The translations under genes were made by a program, and so were the position numbers. The notes beneath the pieces are model-generated. The model had not been told where the DNA came from, did no database searches, and saw only the letters and a program-made list of their open reading frames with translations. Positions 37,990 to 48,649 of a DNA stretch of 64,000 nt are shown piece by piece (position 1 is the first letter of the stretch; every line of letters starts with the position of its first letter). This stretch comes from Haplodiscus bocki (lineage: Eukaryota): NCBI GenBank assembly GCA_965655095.1, contig OZ296654.1, positions 70,122,001 to 70,186,000 of the forward strand. The letters run 5' to 3'.

Positions 37990-38560
37990 CATTCGGTCAG
38001 AAAAGCTTTTTTGGTTAAGCATTCTATAAAACTCGCCTTTTCTTCCTTACATATAGTATTTTTCCCTGACAGCTTTTTCTTGAAATCTATCCATACAAAT
38101 ATAATCAAATTATTCTTTCCAGGCTTCTCGACAAAGTCCCTTGGATTGATCATAAGACAAGCCAAATCAGGCAAATCAACTATATAGATTTTCAGCATGC
38201 CTTCCTAAGGGTTTGTTGAGAGCTTAAAACAAGATTATTATGCTTCTTTTGGTTCTAATTGTTGGGTTGGGGAAACTGAAAATTAATTTAGTTAAATAGA
38301 AAACGTCTAAAAATTTTTGTATTCTTCTGATAGAAAAAGGTTCGAATAGTTTCTGGGAGCAATCTACCACATCGTCAAAAACTACAATCCTACCTTCAAA
38401 AAATCAAATGAAGAGAACCCGAAAGTTTTGTCTCCGATCGCTGGCTAATCTGTGTTACTTTTCTCACACGAATAACTTGGATCTTACATTTTGTACCGAA
38501 AATCTAAATGCTTGATATTGCCAAAAAGGACCATTAGTTTTGGCATGGCGTTGATTGTCA
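37990..38560 (-). pseudogene. Polinton packaging ATPase (A32/FtsK-HerA family) remnant
   Basis: Walker B IVVFDD (38371-38388), then LDVFYLTK, TIRTKRSIIILF, SYDQSKGLCREAWKE and DYICMD. Confidence 0.7.
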
Positions 38561-39499
38561 AACTCCCTTTTCTCCAAAACTAGCGTCCTCAATTCTTCAA
38601 GTGGCCATTCAACCGAGTTCTTGTTTTTTTTTCAATACAAAAAGAAAAAGCTTTCAATTTTTAACTTTTAATTATTGCATTGGAATCCTGAGAGTCTGTA
38701 CAAGGTAAAAAGTGCCGTTAATGTTGCCTGTATATGATTTTCAAGATATCACTTCCTCCAAAAGTACTGCTTTGATTCTAGTCGTTCAAGACCTCAATCG
38801 ACAGCTTGTAAAATTCAGTATGGAAATAAACATAGAAAACAAGGAATTTGATAGATGAATATTTCTTCCTTCAGGATCACCCTCAAAATTGTTTTGATTG
38901 TGGAAGATAGTCAATCAAAAAATTCTGCTTCATTTTGATCTCCTGATAGCTCCATCAGTGCAAATGCAGTAGTTAGTTGTGACAACTACTTTCTAACAAA
39001 TCGGTTGAGATTCTTCCACTAATTTCTTCAAAGTCAACTGTTTGTAAAAGTCAGCAAGATGGTTCAAATTAGTTTGATGCCTTGATAAGTTAAAACGGCC
39101 GGAAAATGCAATCGCCCTTTTTCAGAAGCGTCAAGAAAAATTGATGTAATTTCGATACATCGGGGCCCAATGACAAAAAATTTACAAAGCTTCTTCATTT
39201 TTTTCATTCTTTTCGCCCAACTGTAAAATATGAAAGAAGAATCATCCGTTCAACGCAAATGTTTTTTTGCCCTATGTCTGCCAATTCATATCGTCTAATT
39301 TCCGACGACTAATTGGAAATTTTGTGACCGTGAAAAAATTTTATCACCAATTTTACCGTAGAAAGAGACTTATATAGCAAGATTCCTAGACAGGTTAAAA
39401 GAATTAATTTTTTTCCGAAAAAGTGGCTTTTTATTTAAAAAACTAAGCCTATGTCAAAAAAGTTAATATTGGCAAATTCACTTTGGAATGCCTTTCTTT

Positions 39500-39667
39500 G
39501 GATTTTACTTCCTAACAATGTGTTTCCTACCAACAGCGCCAGGTTTTTTCGGAGAGTAGGAGAACAAATAAAAATGAGGAAATTACAAGTGAAGACGAAA
39601 AAAATATTTCGACGAAGAAACGCTTGATCGAGAGCGGCAATTACGCCGTTGGTAGCCGGCCGTCTTG
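39500..39667 (+). mobile_element. 3' end of a second, related Helitron
   Basis: GCCGTTGGTAGCCGGCCGTCTTG|T resembles the 37468 terminus; shared upstream GAGGAA..TACAAGT. Confidence 0.45.
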
Positions 39668-40759
39668 TTACAGCAGTTTTCAGAAAATTAATAACTGTAC
39701 GAAAAAATTTTTGCACCTGAACAACAATTCAACTGAATAAAAAATCGTTTTGAAGCCATTTATCATATTCGCAACAATATCAGAAAACTAGAGAAGAAAC
39801 ATTGTCTGAAAATCTACCAGGAAAAAATCTAGAGAAGAATATCTCAAATTTATTTCACTCCAGATTTAAGCTATTTTTCTCTCATTCCAATCGATTTGAC
39901 TCGTGTCAGGTCGTATTTTGGTCGAGGAAGGTCATTTGTTTAAGTTTTACATATGTTTAAGAAGATAAAAGATGTACTTTTTACTCAGGTGAAACTTTAG
40001 ATGTTAACCAACCCCAGCTAAGAAAGACGTCAAAAATCGCCTCACGGATTGTCATATGAACTTTTCACTCCGCACTTTTAAGGTTACCACCGGTGACCAG
40101 GGATGTTCTGCCGGTACAGCACCGAGGCTCATGACTGGACATCGAATATCTTGCCACCAGAAGTTTTCCCATTGGTGGAAAGTAGTTAACATAAAAAACA
40201 TTGCTGGGCTCAATGGACTTCACCTGCCCAACGTTAACATGCCGTGATAAGTTCGTGCCTGCCTTCTTCTTTTGGTACCGACAAATCACCGACCTCAAGG
40301 GCAACATCACCGCTAGTCAAGTTTATCTTGATCCGCGTTTGAGCTTAACCTGCTTGAAGCTGTCATTCCGCGCCTTTCCTAATTTTCTGAGAAATCTTCC
40401 AACTCTGCGCCAGTTACACCACTAGCAGAGTCCTGTCCAAAGGACGCCATGGGTTGTCTTCTAGCAGAAACAACTTCCGGCATACTAGTCTTGACCGTCA
40501 AAACAACGTTGTCCTTTTCACAACACAATCAATCAGAGATACTTTTTTCTGCATTGGTTGAATATTCACTTGAAAATACATTTTGTTCAACGTTTCCAGC
40601 GCATCCATTTGCCTTGTTCTTATTCTGAGTGTCTTCGCTGTCAATCTTTACAATCAAGTCAAACATAATTTAGTGTTATTGGCTGCGAAGCTTCTTGTTT
40701 TGTTTCCTTTTTCAGCGAGTTGAAACCATACCGTTTAACTATGTGCAGTTAGCCAAAAA

Positions 40760-41800
40760 AAACACAGCTGAAACAGTACTTTAGGCGAACGATTGTGGTA
40801 CGAACGACTGCAACGAAACAAAATATCCTTTCGACAAGAAAAACTGCTTTTCAGATTACCAAGTTATCGTATGAACAGGTGGTCGCGTTTCCTTTTGTAA
40901 CCTTCAGTATGGTTTCCACTGACAACAAATCGTTTTGCGACATCACAACTGCAACCCTAACCAAAACTAAAATCAAACTAGCATCAGAAAGTGATTGCCG
41001 CAATTTGAATGTTTTCAATTAACGATTGCTACAGACAGAAACAAAATGGGATGAAATACAAGTTTTATACGGACATATTTTGGTCCAGAATAAACATCAA
41101 CCTCCATTACACATAGTTTTAGGCTTAGTTAACTGTACGTTGGTTTAAGAGTGGTCAAACGTGCATGAGCACTTCAGTCTAAACTCTGGATTGATAGTCA
41201 TGATATAAATTTAGTTAGTCGTGCAGGAATTGTGTTTATCCTTTCGTTAGATCAAACACCGTAGTGGAGTGTGTTTTGACCGTTGTTTTCAAGTGGTGCC
41301 AAAATAACGGGCTAGCACCAAATTCTCAATCTATTGACAACATTGGTGTGTATTCATGAAACTATGATGTAACACTGTTCGTTAAAGCCACTTTTTTGCT
41401 TCAACTAGATATGTGTAATACAAGTTTGAATAGCACAAATGGGTAGAACTCTGTTTATCTTCCAAAAAAAAGAACTCATGTTGACTGAAAGAGACTTTTT
41501 GGCCACGTCAGAAGCAGTTTTCGCAAATGCTAGTGGAGCGTTTTTGTCTTGCCAAAATCTATGTCAACGTTGTCAGGATGTCTCGGTCATGAAAAAGTAA
41601 AATACTGTTTTTTGACGAAAAAGGTCTTGAGTGTGGTCAATTTAGATCAAGTTTGACTTTCAACATGAAAAGTGTGCTTTGGGATACTGAAATATAAATA
41701 AGCGTCATTACGATAAATTTATTGCTTTCAAAAACGATTGCAGCATCAATGTCAATCAATTCTTATACTAAACCAACATCCGGTCACAGGACCGAATTCT
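40760..41800 (+). pseudogene. Possible decayed DDE transposase (Transib/Chapaev/Sola-like)
   Basis: PPLHIVLGLVN at about 41100 and FDEKGLECG at about 41612 resemble the LHxxLG and EQxxE motifs; heavily disrupted. Confidence 0.3.
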
Positions 41801-42002
41801 GACTAAACTCAATACACCGCGTTACCTTGGCCGTTCGAAATGCATTCGAAACAAAAAAGTCAAAAAAGGTCAACCAGATTAAAAGCAACCACCACTGCCA
41901 TTAAAGATCAGACTGACCTAAATCCAAAATAGGAGCATTTAAGAATGAAGTAGCTTGGATAACCAACCTTTATAAATTCTTTTTATTTAGAAAATGTAAA
42001 AT

Positions 42003-42005
<3 letters not shown>

Positions 42006-42043
<38 letters not shown>
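42006..42043. repeat. (TA)19 microsatellite
   Basis: Direct inspection. Confidence 0.97.
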
Positions 42044-42048
<5 letters not shown>

Positions 42049-42099
42049 TTTTAATATAACCAAATATTCCTATGTGTATATTCAGATTTATAAATACTT

Positions 42100-43230
42100 A
42101 AATAATTGCTGTCAGAAGGTGATAATTGCTGATTTGACACTATCCTAAAAAACATTGGTTACTTGCTTTTGCACATTCCTTAACACTTTGTTGACAACGC
42201 TAAACTAGTCTGGAATCCATTGCTAAGGCCTCATTTATAATTTGCACTATGATTGACCTCATGTCAATGTCTCTTCTTCGTGCTGGCGCTAATTGTTCAA
42301 TTTTAGCATTGATTAATGATAAATTGCTTCCAGAACATATTTGACGGCTCAATTTGGCGCTCTAATACTGATATGAATTTATGGCTGTATAACACGAATG
42401 ACGCACCTCGTTAGACAACGTTCAGTGATGAAGCTCAGCTTAGTAGTGAAATAATTACTCCTAGCGCGAAAATGAAAGCTCGGTATAGTAACTTGATTAT
42501 ACTGCAGTGGTTGGATGGCGTTTAATGATGTGGCTGTGCAATGTCACAAGTGCAATGTCAAATAAAACAATGATGGCGCATTATAGTGCACAGTGATGTC
42601 AATGTGGCTCCTTAAAACACATATAACACATACTCACGTTCATGACCCTTTGGAGGGAAATATTAGTACAATGATGCATTCATATCCTGTTGTGATTATT
42701 AAACTGTATATATTGCTGATGTAATAGGTCATATTAAATTCATAAGGGCTTCATACTTATAATATAGGCTACCCGCATAATCATATCACAGAGTTCATAT
42801 TTCTATTATGCGAGGGCATGACATAAGAGATCATTTTTATGTCATATTCGTCTTGGATTAGCAAACGTCCTTACTTTAGTCCATTATTCGGGTTTCGGTT
42901 AGCAATCTCACAAAACTGTCCGTCACAGGCGGCAGCTTGCAACAATTGCAATAGAGTTTCAGTTCGAGAGAGATTAAAACATGAATCTTTGTTGTCAATT
43001 CTTGTCAATTTTTGCTGGTTTTATCATTACAAGCATAAGTTAAAACGGGTTAAGGTAAGTATGCCAGCTCTGCCATGAGCAAAAGGTTCGATAAAGACTG
43101 GTTGAGTATGCTCTGTGCCTGTACCCAGGGATTCATCTCAGTCAAAACGTACAGGGTCATAATTATAATACCAAGTCAACGGGGGTGGGCACATTGGTAA
43201 AATAGAAAGTCCCACGGATGCTCCGTGGTG
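42100..43230 (-). pseudogene. Possible highly decayed Penelope-like reverse transcriptase remnant
   Basis: FTNVP at about 43190, P*PVLT at about 43050 and YVMPSH at about 42825 follow Penelope RT motif order; abuts (TA)n; catalytic YxDD not preserved. Confidence 0.3.
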
Positions 43231-43507
43231 TGGTAACTCTGATCACAGGGGCATGCCCCGGCTCGAATTAAAAAGTCCCTGCTTCCTTTGTGTGCTACCA
43301 GTGTCTTACTTAGAATACCATGTTTCATTCCTGAGTTGTATATTCGAGATTTAGAGAAACAAGATATGCAAAAAATATGGCAAAGGTTTCAACCAAAATA
43401 TTTGTATGCACGGCCAGAATGCCAGAAGACTTTCTTGTACATTTGTTCATGAAACGAATTTGATTCCATTCGTAAAGTGTCTCCAAGCTCAACTGAACTT
43501 TTCTTGA

Positions 43508-44079
43508 TATTATAGCGACCAGCCTTGGGAGCTATGATTATTTCATAAGTTTTTTTCAGACGTAAAATTTTTTTTTAATTTGCAACAAATAAACTAATTT
43601 ATTAGGTTAGTTATTACAGGTTCTAAACGCTTATGAAAAGGTTTACAAAAATTAAATTACAAGTAAAAAAAAATAGAACACCAACATTTGTCTTGTCTTC
43701 GTGATGTAGGGAGGTAGAGAGAGAAGAATAGAAGAAATTCCGGATTATTTTTTATTACGATGAGAAAAGTTTATACAAAAAGATTGTTCAGATTGTTAAT
43801 AGAGCCAAGGGAGAAATGCATGATGGTAAAACAAATCGCTAGATGACGGCTGTTACGAAAATGTGTACTGATATACTTCATCACTCGTATTCTACAACGA
43901 ACAGACACCAAGAAAGAATTATTTACGAATTACTTTTACTACGATAACGAGAGGTTGAGTAATAACGAACTAGAGAGCCTGGAGAAAATGAAGTAAAAAT
44001 TGAGTACACTTTTCAACAACGTCACGTAGTAAAATAAAAATTATCTAGATCACTTATAGTTTTGTGGGTTTTTTTAACG
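43508..44079 (-). repeat. 3' LTR of the Gypsy element
   Basis: Collinear with 55197-55839 (TCTTCGTGATGTAG, TTGTTAATAGAGCC.AGGGAGAAATGC, TATAGTTTTGTGGG); purine tract AAAAAGAAGAAC on the minus strand just inside. Confidence 0.85.
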
Positions 44080-44132
44080 GTTCTTCTTTTTAAAAAATAT
44101 TCGTCCCGCATTTCTATTTATCTTAGATTTTT

Positions 44133-45031
44133 TTAATTCCAGCATGTGGAAGTGTCAACATCGCTAAAAGGGCAGCAGAAACTACACAGGTGAGAATTCT
44201 AATTTCGGACTCCACGAAGGCCACAACAGTCCAAAATTCTTCTGTTTTTCAATGTGGACAAAATGTCACAGATATCCGTTAACGCTTCCGATATATTCAT
44301 GGGGCAAGTTGGGTTCTGATCTGGGTGAGTGAGGGGTCGGAGTCGTAATTATAGTTTACCAATTTCCTTCGGGGTAGCAGTTTCCGGAACCCCAAGAAAC
44401 GTGTAGCAGTCAGCAGCGGCGAGGCGTTCAAAGTTTGTTTCAGCAAAAGATTGAAGTATTGCATAGAAACACTGAATGGCTCGTTCATTTGCTCTGGTCA
44501 CTTGCTTGACTTCTTGTAGTTCTTTTGAGCCAGTTGTGTTTTGGCGGATGTCGCGAGTCAAGACTTCATTATCCTTTAACAGTTGCTCATAATTATTTCA
44601 AAACAAGTTTACAGACTTTCCAAAGCGGGAGAGTTCAACTTCTTTCTCTTTGACTTGTGCTTCTAATTTTTCAATTACATCTGCTTCACAAAGTAGAACA
44701 GCGAGTTCTTTCAATTCATCAGGATCTATATTGCAGACAAAGTGTGAATAATTGGAGGCGAAAATGAAGTTTAAATGTCCATGGTGTCCGGGAGGACAAG
44801 AGGAGCAATAGGTGAGCAAAGGTTACATTCTACGATGGAGTTTCTGTTGACAGCAAGGGTGGTAATTGGTTTCGGAGGAGCCCAAAGCGCCGAAAAACCA
44901 ACAAAAAAAGACCGCCGGCGGCTGTCGAAAGCGGGGTGAACCATGACGCATTTTGTTGAAAGTATGACGTGAGTCAAATGATATGGAGTTGGGTCCAAAT
45001 TTTACACGGTGTCACCACAAGCTACATCCAT
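44133..45031 (-). pseudogene. Accessory ORF after env: coiled coil plus C-terminal DnaJ (J) domain
   Basis: ORFs 44598-44819 and 44349-44561 share a frame. Reading through the TAA at 44349 gives DCYTFLGVPETATPKEIGKL*LRLRPLTHPDQNPTCPMNISEALTDICDILSTLKNRRILDCCG. Confidence 0.8.
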
Positions 45032-45279
45032 AATCTGACCACTGGCGGTGAGAGCTAAGGATCGGGACTGAGACCTGATATAAAAAAAGGTTGAAAAGTT
45101 TCAATAAAATGCACAGAAAGGAAAACAAAGGCTATAAGTTTCTTACGCATAGGCGTAGGCAAAAGCCTCTTGAGTTATCTCAAGGACACGGTGAGAACGT
45201 TTTGCCCTAGAGCCAGGACCTTCGACTAAGCGTTGAGAAAAAAAAATCAGTGTCAAACACTGGTCAGTGAAAAGCCTTC

Positions 45280-47950
45280 ACAAGGTGGAAGTTAGATACG
45301 ACATAAGGAGGGGTATGAAATAGTGATCCTCACGGTACATACTCGTAGAAGAAAGAGCTCTCGGTGAAAACCTGAGGAAAGTAGCATGATTCAACATTAG
45401 TGAATTAACACTGGACGGGAGTAGATCGGAATACATAAAATATTTTTTAAGTAAGACGTAACATTGGACGGGAATAGGTTTACTGTGGTCAAGCATGAGG
45501 TGTTGAGTACGTGTGAGCAACATCGGGGTAGAGGAGGGGTTGTTTTGAGGATGTGTTGCTAGTGGGACAAGTGTCAACTTTGCGGCGTGCGAGTGATTCT
45601 GTGGCAAATTCGGATAACGCTGAAAGTTCGTCTTCGGTTCAATAAAAAAAACGCAGTTGTCGCTTGCGTGTCATCTGCAGCAAGCTCGTTAACGATGTGT
45701 ATAAATTGCGAAAGAGGCGTTGCAGATGAGTGATGAACTACTTCCATTGACGTTTGAACAATATGAAAGTGAAGCTGAAAGAAATCAAAGAAATGGTCAT
45801 GGACAAGAGAGCTAAACACAAAGCGCCCTCAGTCTGCATATATCCTTCGAGTGTTTTCCTCGTGGCAAGCTGAATGGAGGCCTAGTAGTGAGAGATGGGC
45901 TCAGCCACCGCTTTGAGTTTATCAAAATCCTTTGTGTGCACGTCGGGTACCTCCGCTAGTTCCATGCGGACACTGGTCAAGATACAGACTTGCGTATATC
46001 GCTGTGAGAACACATATTGAACTCGGCACTAGGCGGTGGTAGGGACTCAAAGACTTTTTGCAACGATGGAATTAGTTAAACTCTGGCGACAAACGGCTCC
46101 GGACGAGTTTCACAGTAACTCATGTCCGGGTTCAAAACAAGACCTCCATGGTTAAGCGTTATTTTAAATGAGCAACCTGGGCGAATGACACTTGCATGAC
46201 AGTCAATAGAGGATATTCTAGTGCCATGAGAATCGGTATCGTTCATCATTGGAACGTGGCAATTTCGTGGGATGACTTGATAAAGGCCATCTGCAAGGTA
46301 TGAAGCTTGCGGGGCATTAGGTAACAGAACTTATTCAAACGTGATAATTTTGGAAAGCGGGAACATTAAAGTTTTAAAACAGAGACGTTAAACACAACAA
46401 ACTCATATCTGTGGTAGTGCAAAATCCTTTACGGCAAGATTGATTCTGTTGGAGCCAAAACACTGTTGCAACGTGGCAACACCAAAGTCGGCGTGCTGGG
46501 ATTTGTCAGTCGCAGTTGATAAACAGTCATGACGGAACTGATACAAAGAAACAATAAAACCATCCTTATTGGGCTGATAAATTGGAATTGCACGGTTAAT
46601 ATTGACAGTAACAGATTATGAACTCATAGGTTTCCCAAGTACAACAGAGATATCAGAAGCTAGGATGGGAACTTCTAAGACAGTTTGAACTGCGTAGTAC
46701 GTTGTTTCGTAACCAACTTGCATGACTGGTGATAGCTTAGTATCGCGCTGAAAATATTCTTTTGAGAGTTCAGGAACAATCTCGGCTAAACAATTGGGTG
46801 TTGACAAAACAAAAGCAACATAGCTGGACGATATTGAAAATACTGCTGAATAAAGGTTACTTCTGCAAAAAACAAAAGCTGATTGGTAAAATCTAAGATG
46901 AGTGTACACAACATCCAAATACAAAGTTCGATTTTCCACTTTGAAGACGAGATTGCTAAAGTGTTTGGTATGGACTGCACAATGAGCAAAATAGTTCAAA
47001 GAATGAAAAAGTTGATCTATAACTTCGGACGTGGCGGTCAAATGGTTTTTGACTACATCCCCAAATGCGTTGACATTTTTCTGCGTCATTGATGTCTCTG
47101 AACCAAGGAGAACAAATTTTCTGTCGTTGACGGTTTGAACCATTTTCATTGATTCAGCAAAACGTTCTGTTGGGCCATAGGGTTGAAATGTCGTTCTTCA
47201 AATCTGTTCTATCGCTGCACAGTTTGAAGATAGGGAAAGCACTGCATGCTGCGTCCTTTATTGAGTTACCATGAACTAAGATAGCTGCTGCAGATACGGC
47301 CATCAATGCAGGAATAAAGCAACGTTGCCAAGAACGTCCCGTCTGTCTTTTGTCTCCGTTCGGTTTCGTGGACGGCGGTGCGAAAGACTCGGTAACTCGA
47401 AGGAGTTGAAGGTGTTCGTCTGCAATGGCATTTTTTCTTTCAGGAGAAGATTCACGCGATTTTCGACTAACTCAGCTAAACCTGCCAACTTTGCTAACAT
47501 AATATTGGTGTTGACGACGCAATACATGTGTGTAGATTAGAATTGGCCTCTAGTCAGATCCATATTATCTTGGTATCTGTGACCGGTATTGGAAAGTTTT
47601 TGACGCGCCTCTAAGACAATCTGGCGCAACTGGAATGCTCCAGCTGGGTCAAATGCTGGTGGCTGTGGAAATGGTGAAAAGAGTCTAACGTTACTCACAT
47701 TTTGAGATGTGACGGCTTGATAAGCTTAGGTAAATACTGCGCCTCGTTGTATATCCTGGTCTTCTTTCTTGGAGTCCACACTTGTTTGGAAAGAAACCTC
47801 GTAGCTGATCATAGGAAACCAAGAGTTCAGGAAGATATGGGAAGTTAGCCAAGGACACGTTCCGGAGCGTTGGTACTAAACAAAAAGAGGAAAACTAGGA
47901 AACGACAAAGAAGAGTAAGAAACTGGAGAGAAGTTAGACAGGTGAAAATA
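45280..47950 (-). pseudogene. env: Envelope/fusion glycoprotein (class I, errantivirus/baculovirus-F-like), disrupted
   Basis: Hydrophobic N-terminus at about 47900; basic site RRPRNRTETKDRR followed by hydrophobic DVLGNVALF; long helical region 47149-46616; Cys-rich 46600-46000; TM ALCLALLSMTISLISFSFTFILF at about 45755-45825. Confidence 0.75.
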
Positions 47951-48649
47951 GTAGCAAAAAATGCAAACTACTTTTTCTCATCATGATTCGATTTATGGGA
48001 ACTATGTTCCTATTTACTTCTTTTTAGATTTTCTAATTTCGAGTTGCTACGTTAATGCTTTTCTAATTGATGATGCGGTTGTGCATGCGCCAACGGTGTA
48101 GAACGTAACTGACGTTGACACGTGGGCAAGCTACCAAGTTTGGCAGACGTTTGCGAGGTAGTTGAGTGGTCTAACTTTTCTGCGGCCTCAGAAATGAGAC
48201 TCTCAATGGAAAAAGATGAAGATGAGTCTCGTGGTACAATGCTAATCCTTGGGAAACTTGAAATATCAAAAACGTCTTTAATTACTGTTGGAGAAAGTTC
48301 CTACGGTGAAATCTCAAAAAAATCTCGAGGTGGATTAAAAAGGGTGGTTTTACTGGGGACAGAAGAAGCTCGTTTCAGATATGCAGCAGCAGAAGATCCT
48401 TGGCCGGGGCTTCATGGACAAAGACTGCAGGAAATGGGTTTGTAGAAGCAGTTCGAGACCGGGGGTCTACTGGAATGTTTTCAACCAAAATTTGGGAACA
48501 GTTACAATGTTGGTGAGTAGCGGAGTGCGGTTTTTGAAACTATTTACTTGTCGGTTCCTTAGAGATATTTGATGCAGGCCGCGCGAGCTGTGGTCTTTTT
48601 GTGCGTTGAATGAAGGGTTTTAAAGGGTCATAATAGACGATGGACTCCT

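Larger units (their letters stand above)
33990..39050. mobile_element. Decayed Polinton/Maverick (adintovirus-like) element
   Basis: Cluster of a retroviral-like integrase (+) with capsid-like, conserved helical and A32-like ATPase remnants (-). Termini not identified. Confidence 0.7.

Noticed and set aside
40056-40720. Possible exon and a second ATPase fragment (NVVFDG)
   Set aside because: Motif match too weak and frames broken.
42420-42455. Hammerhead ribozyme core (TGATGA...GAAA)
   Set aside because: Lacks the conserved C of CUGANGA, and no convincing stems were found.
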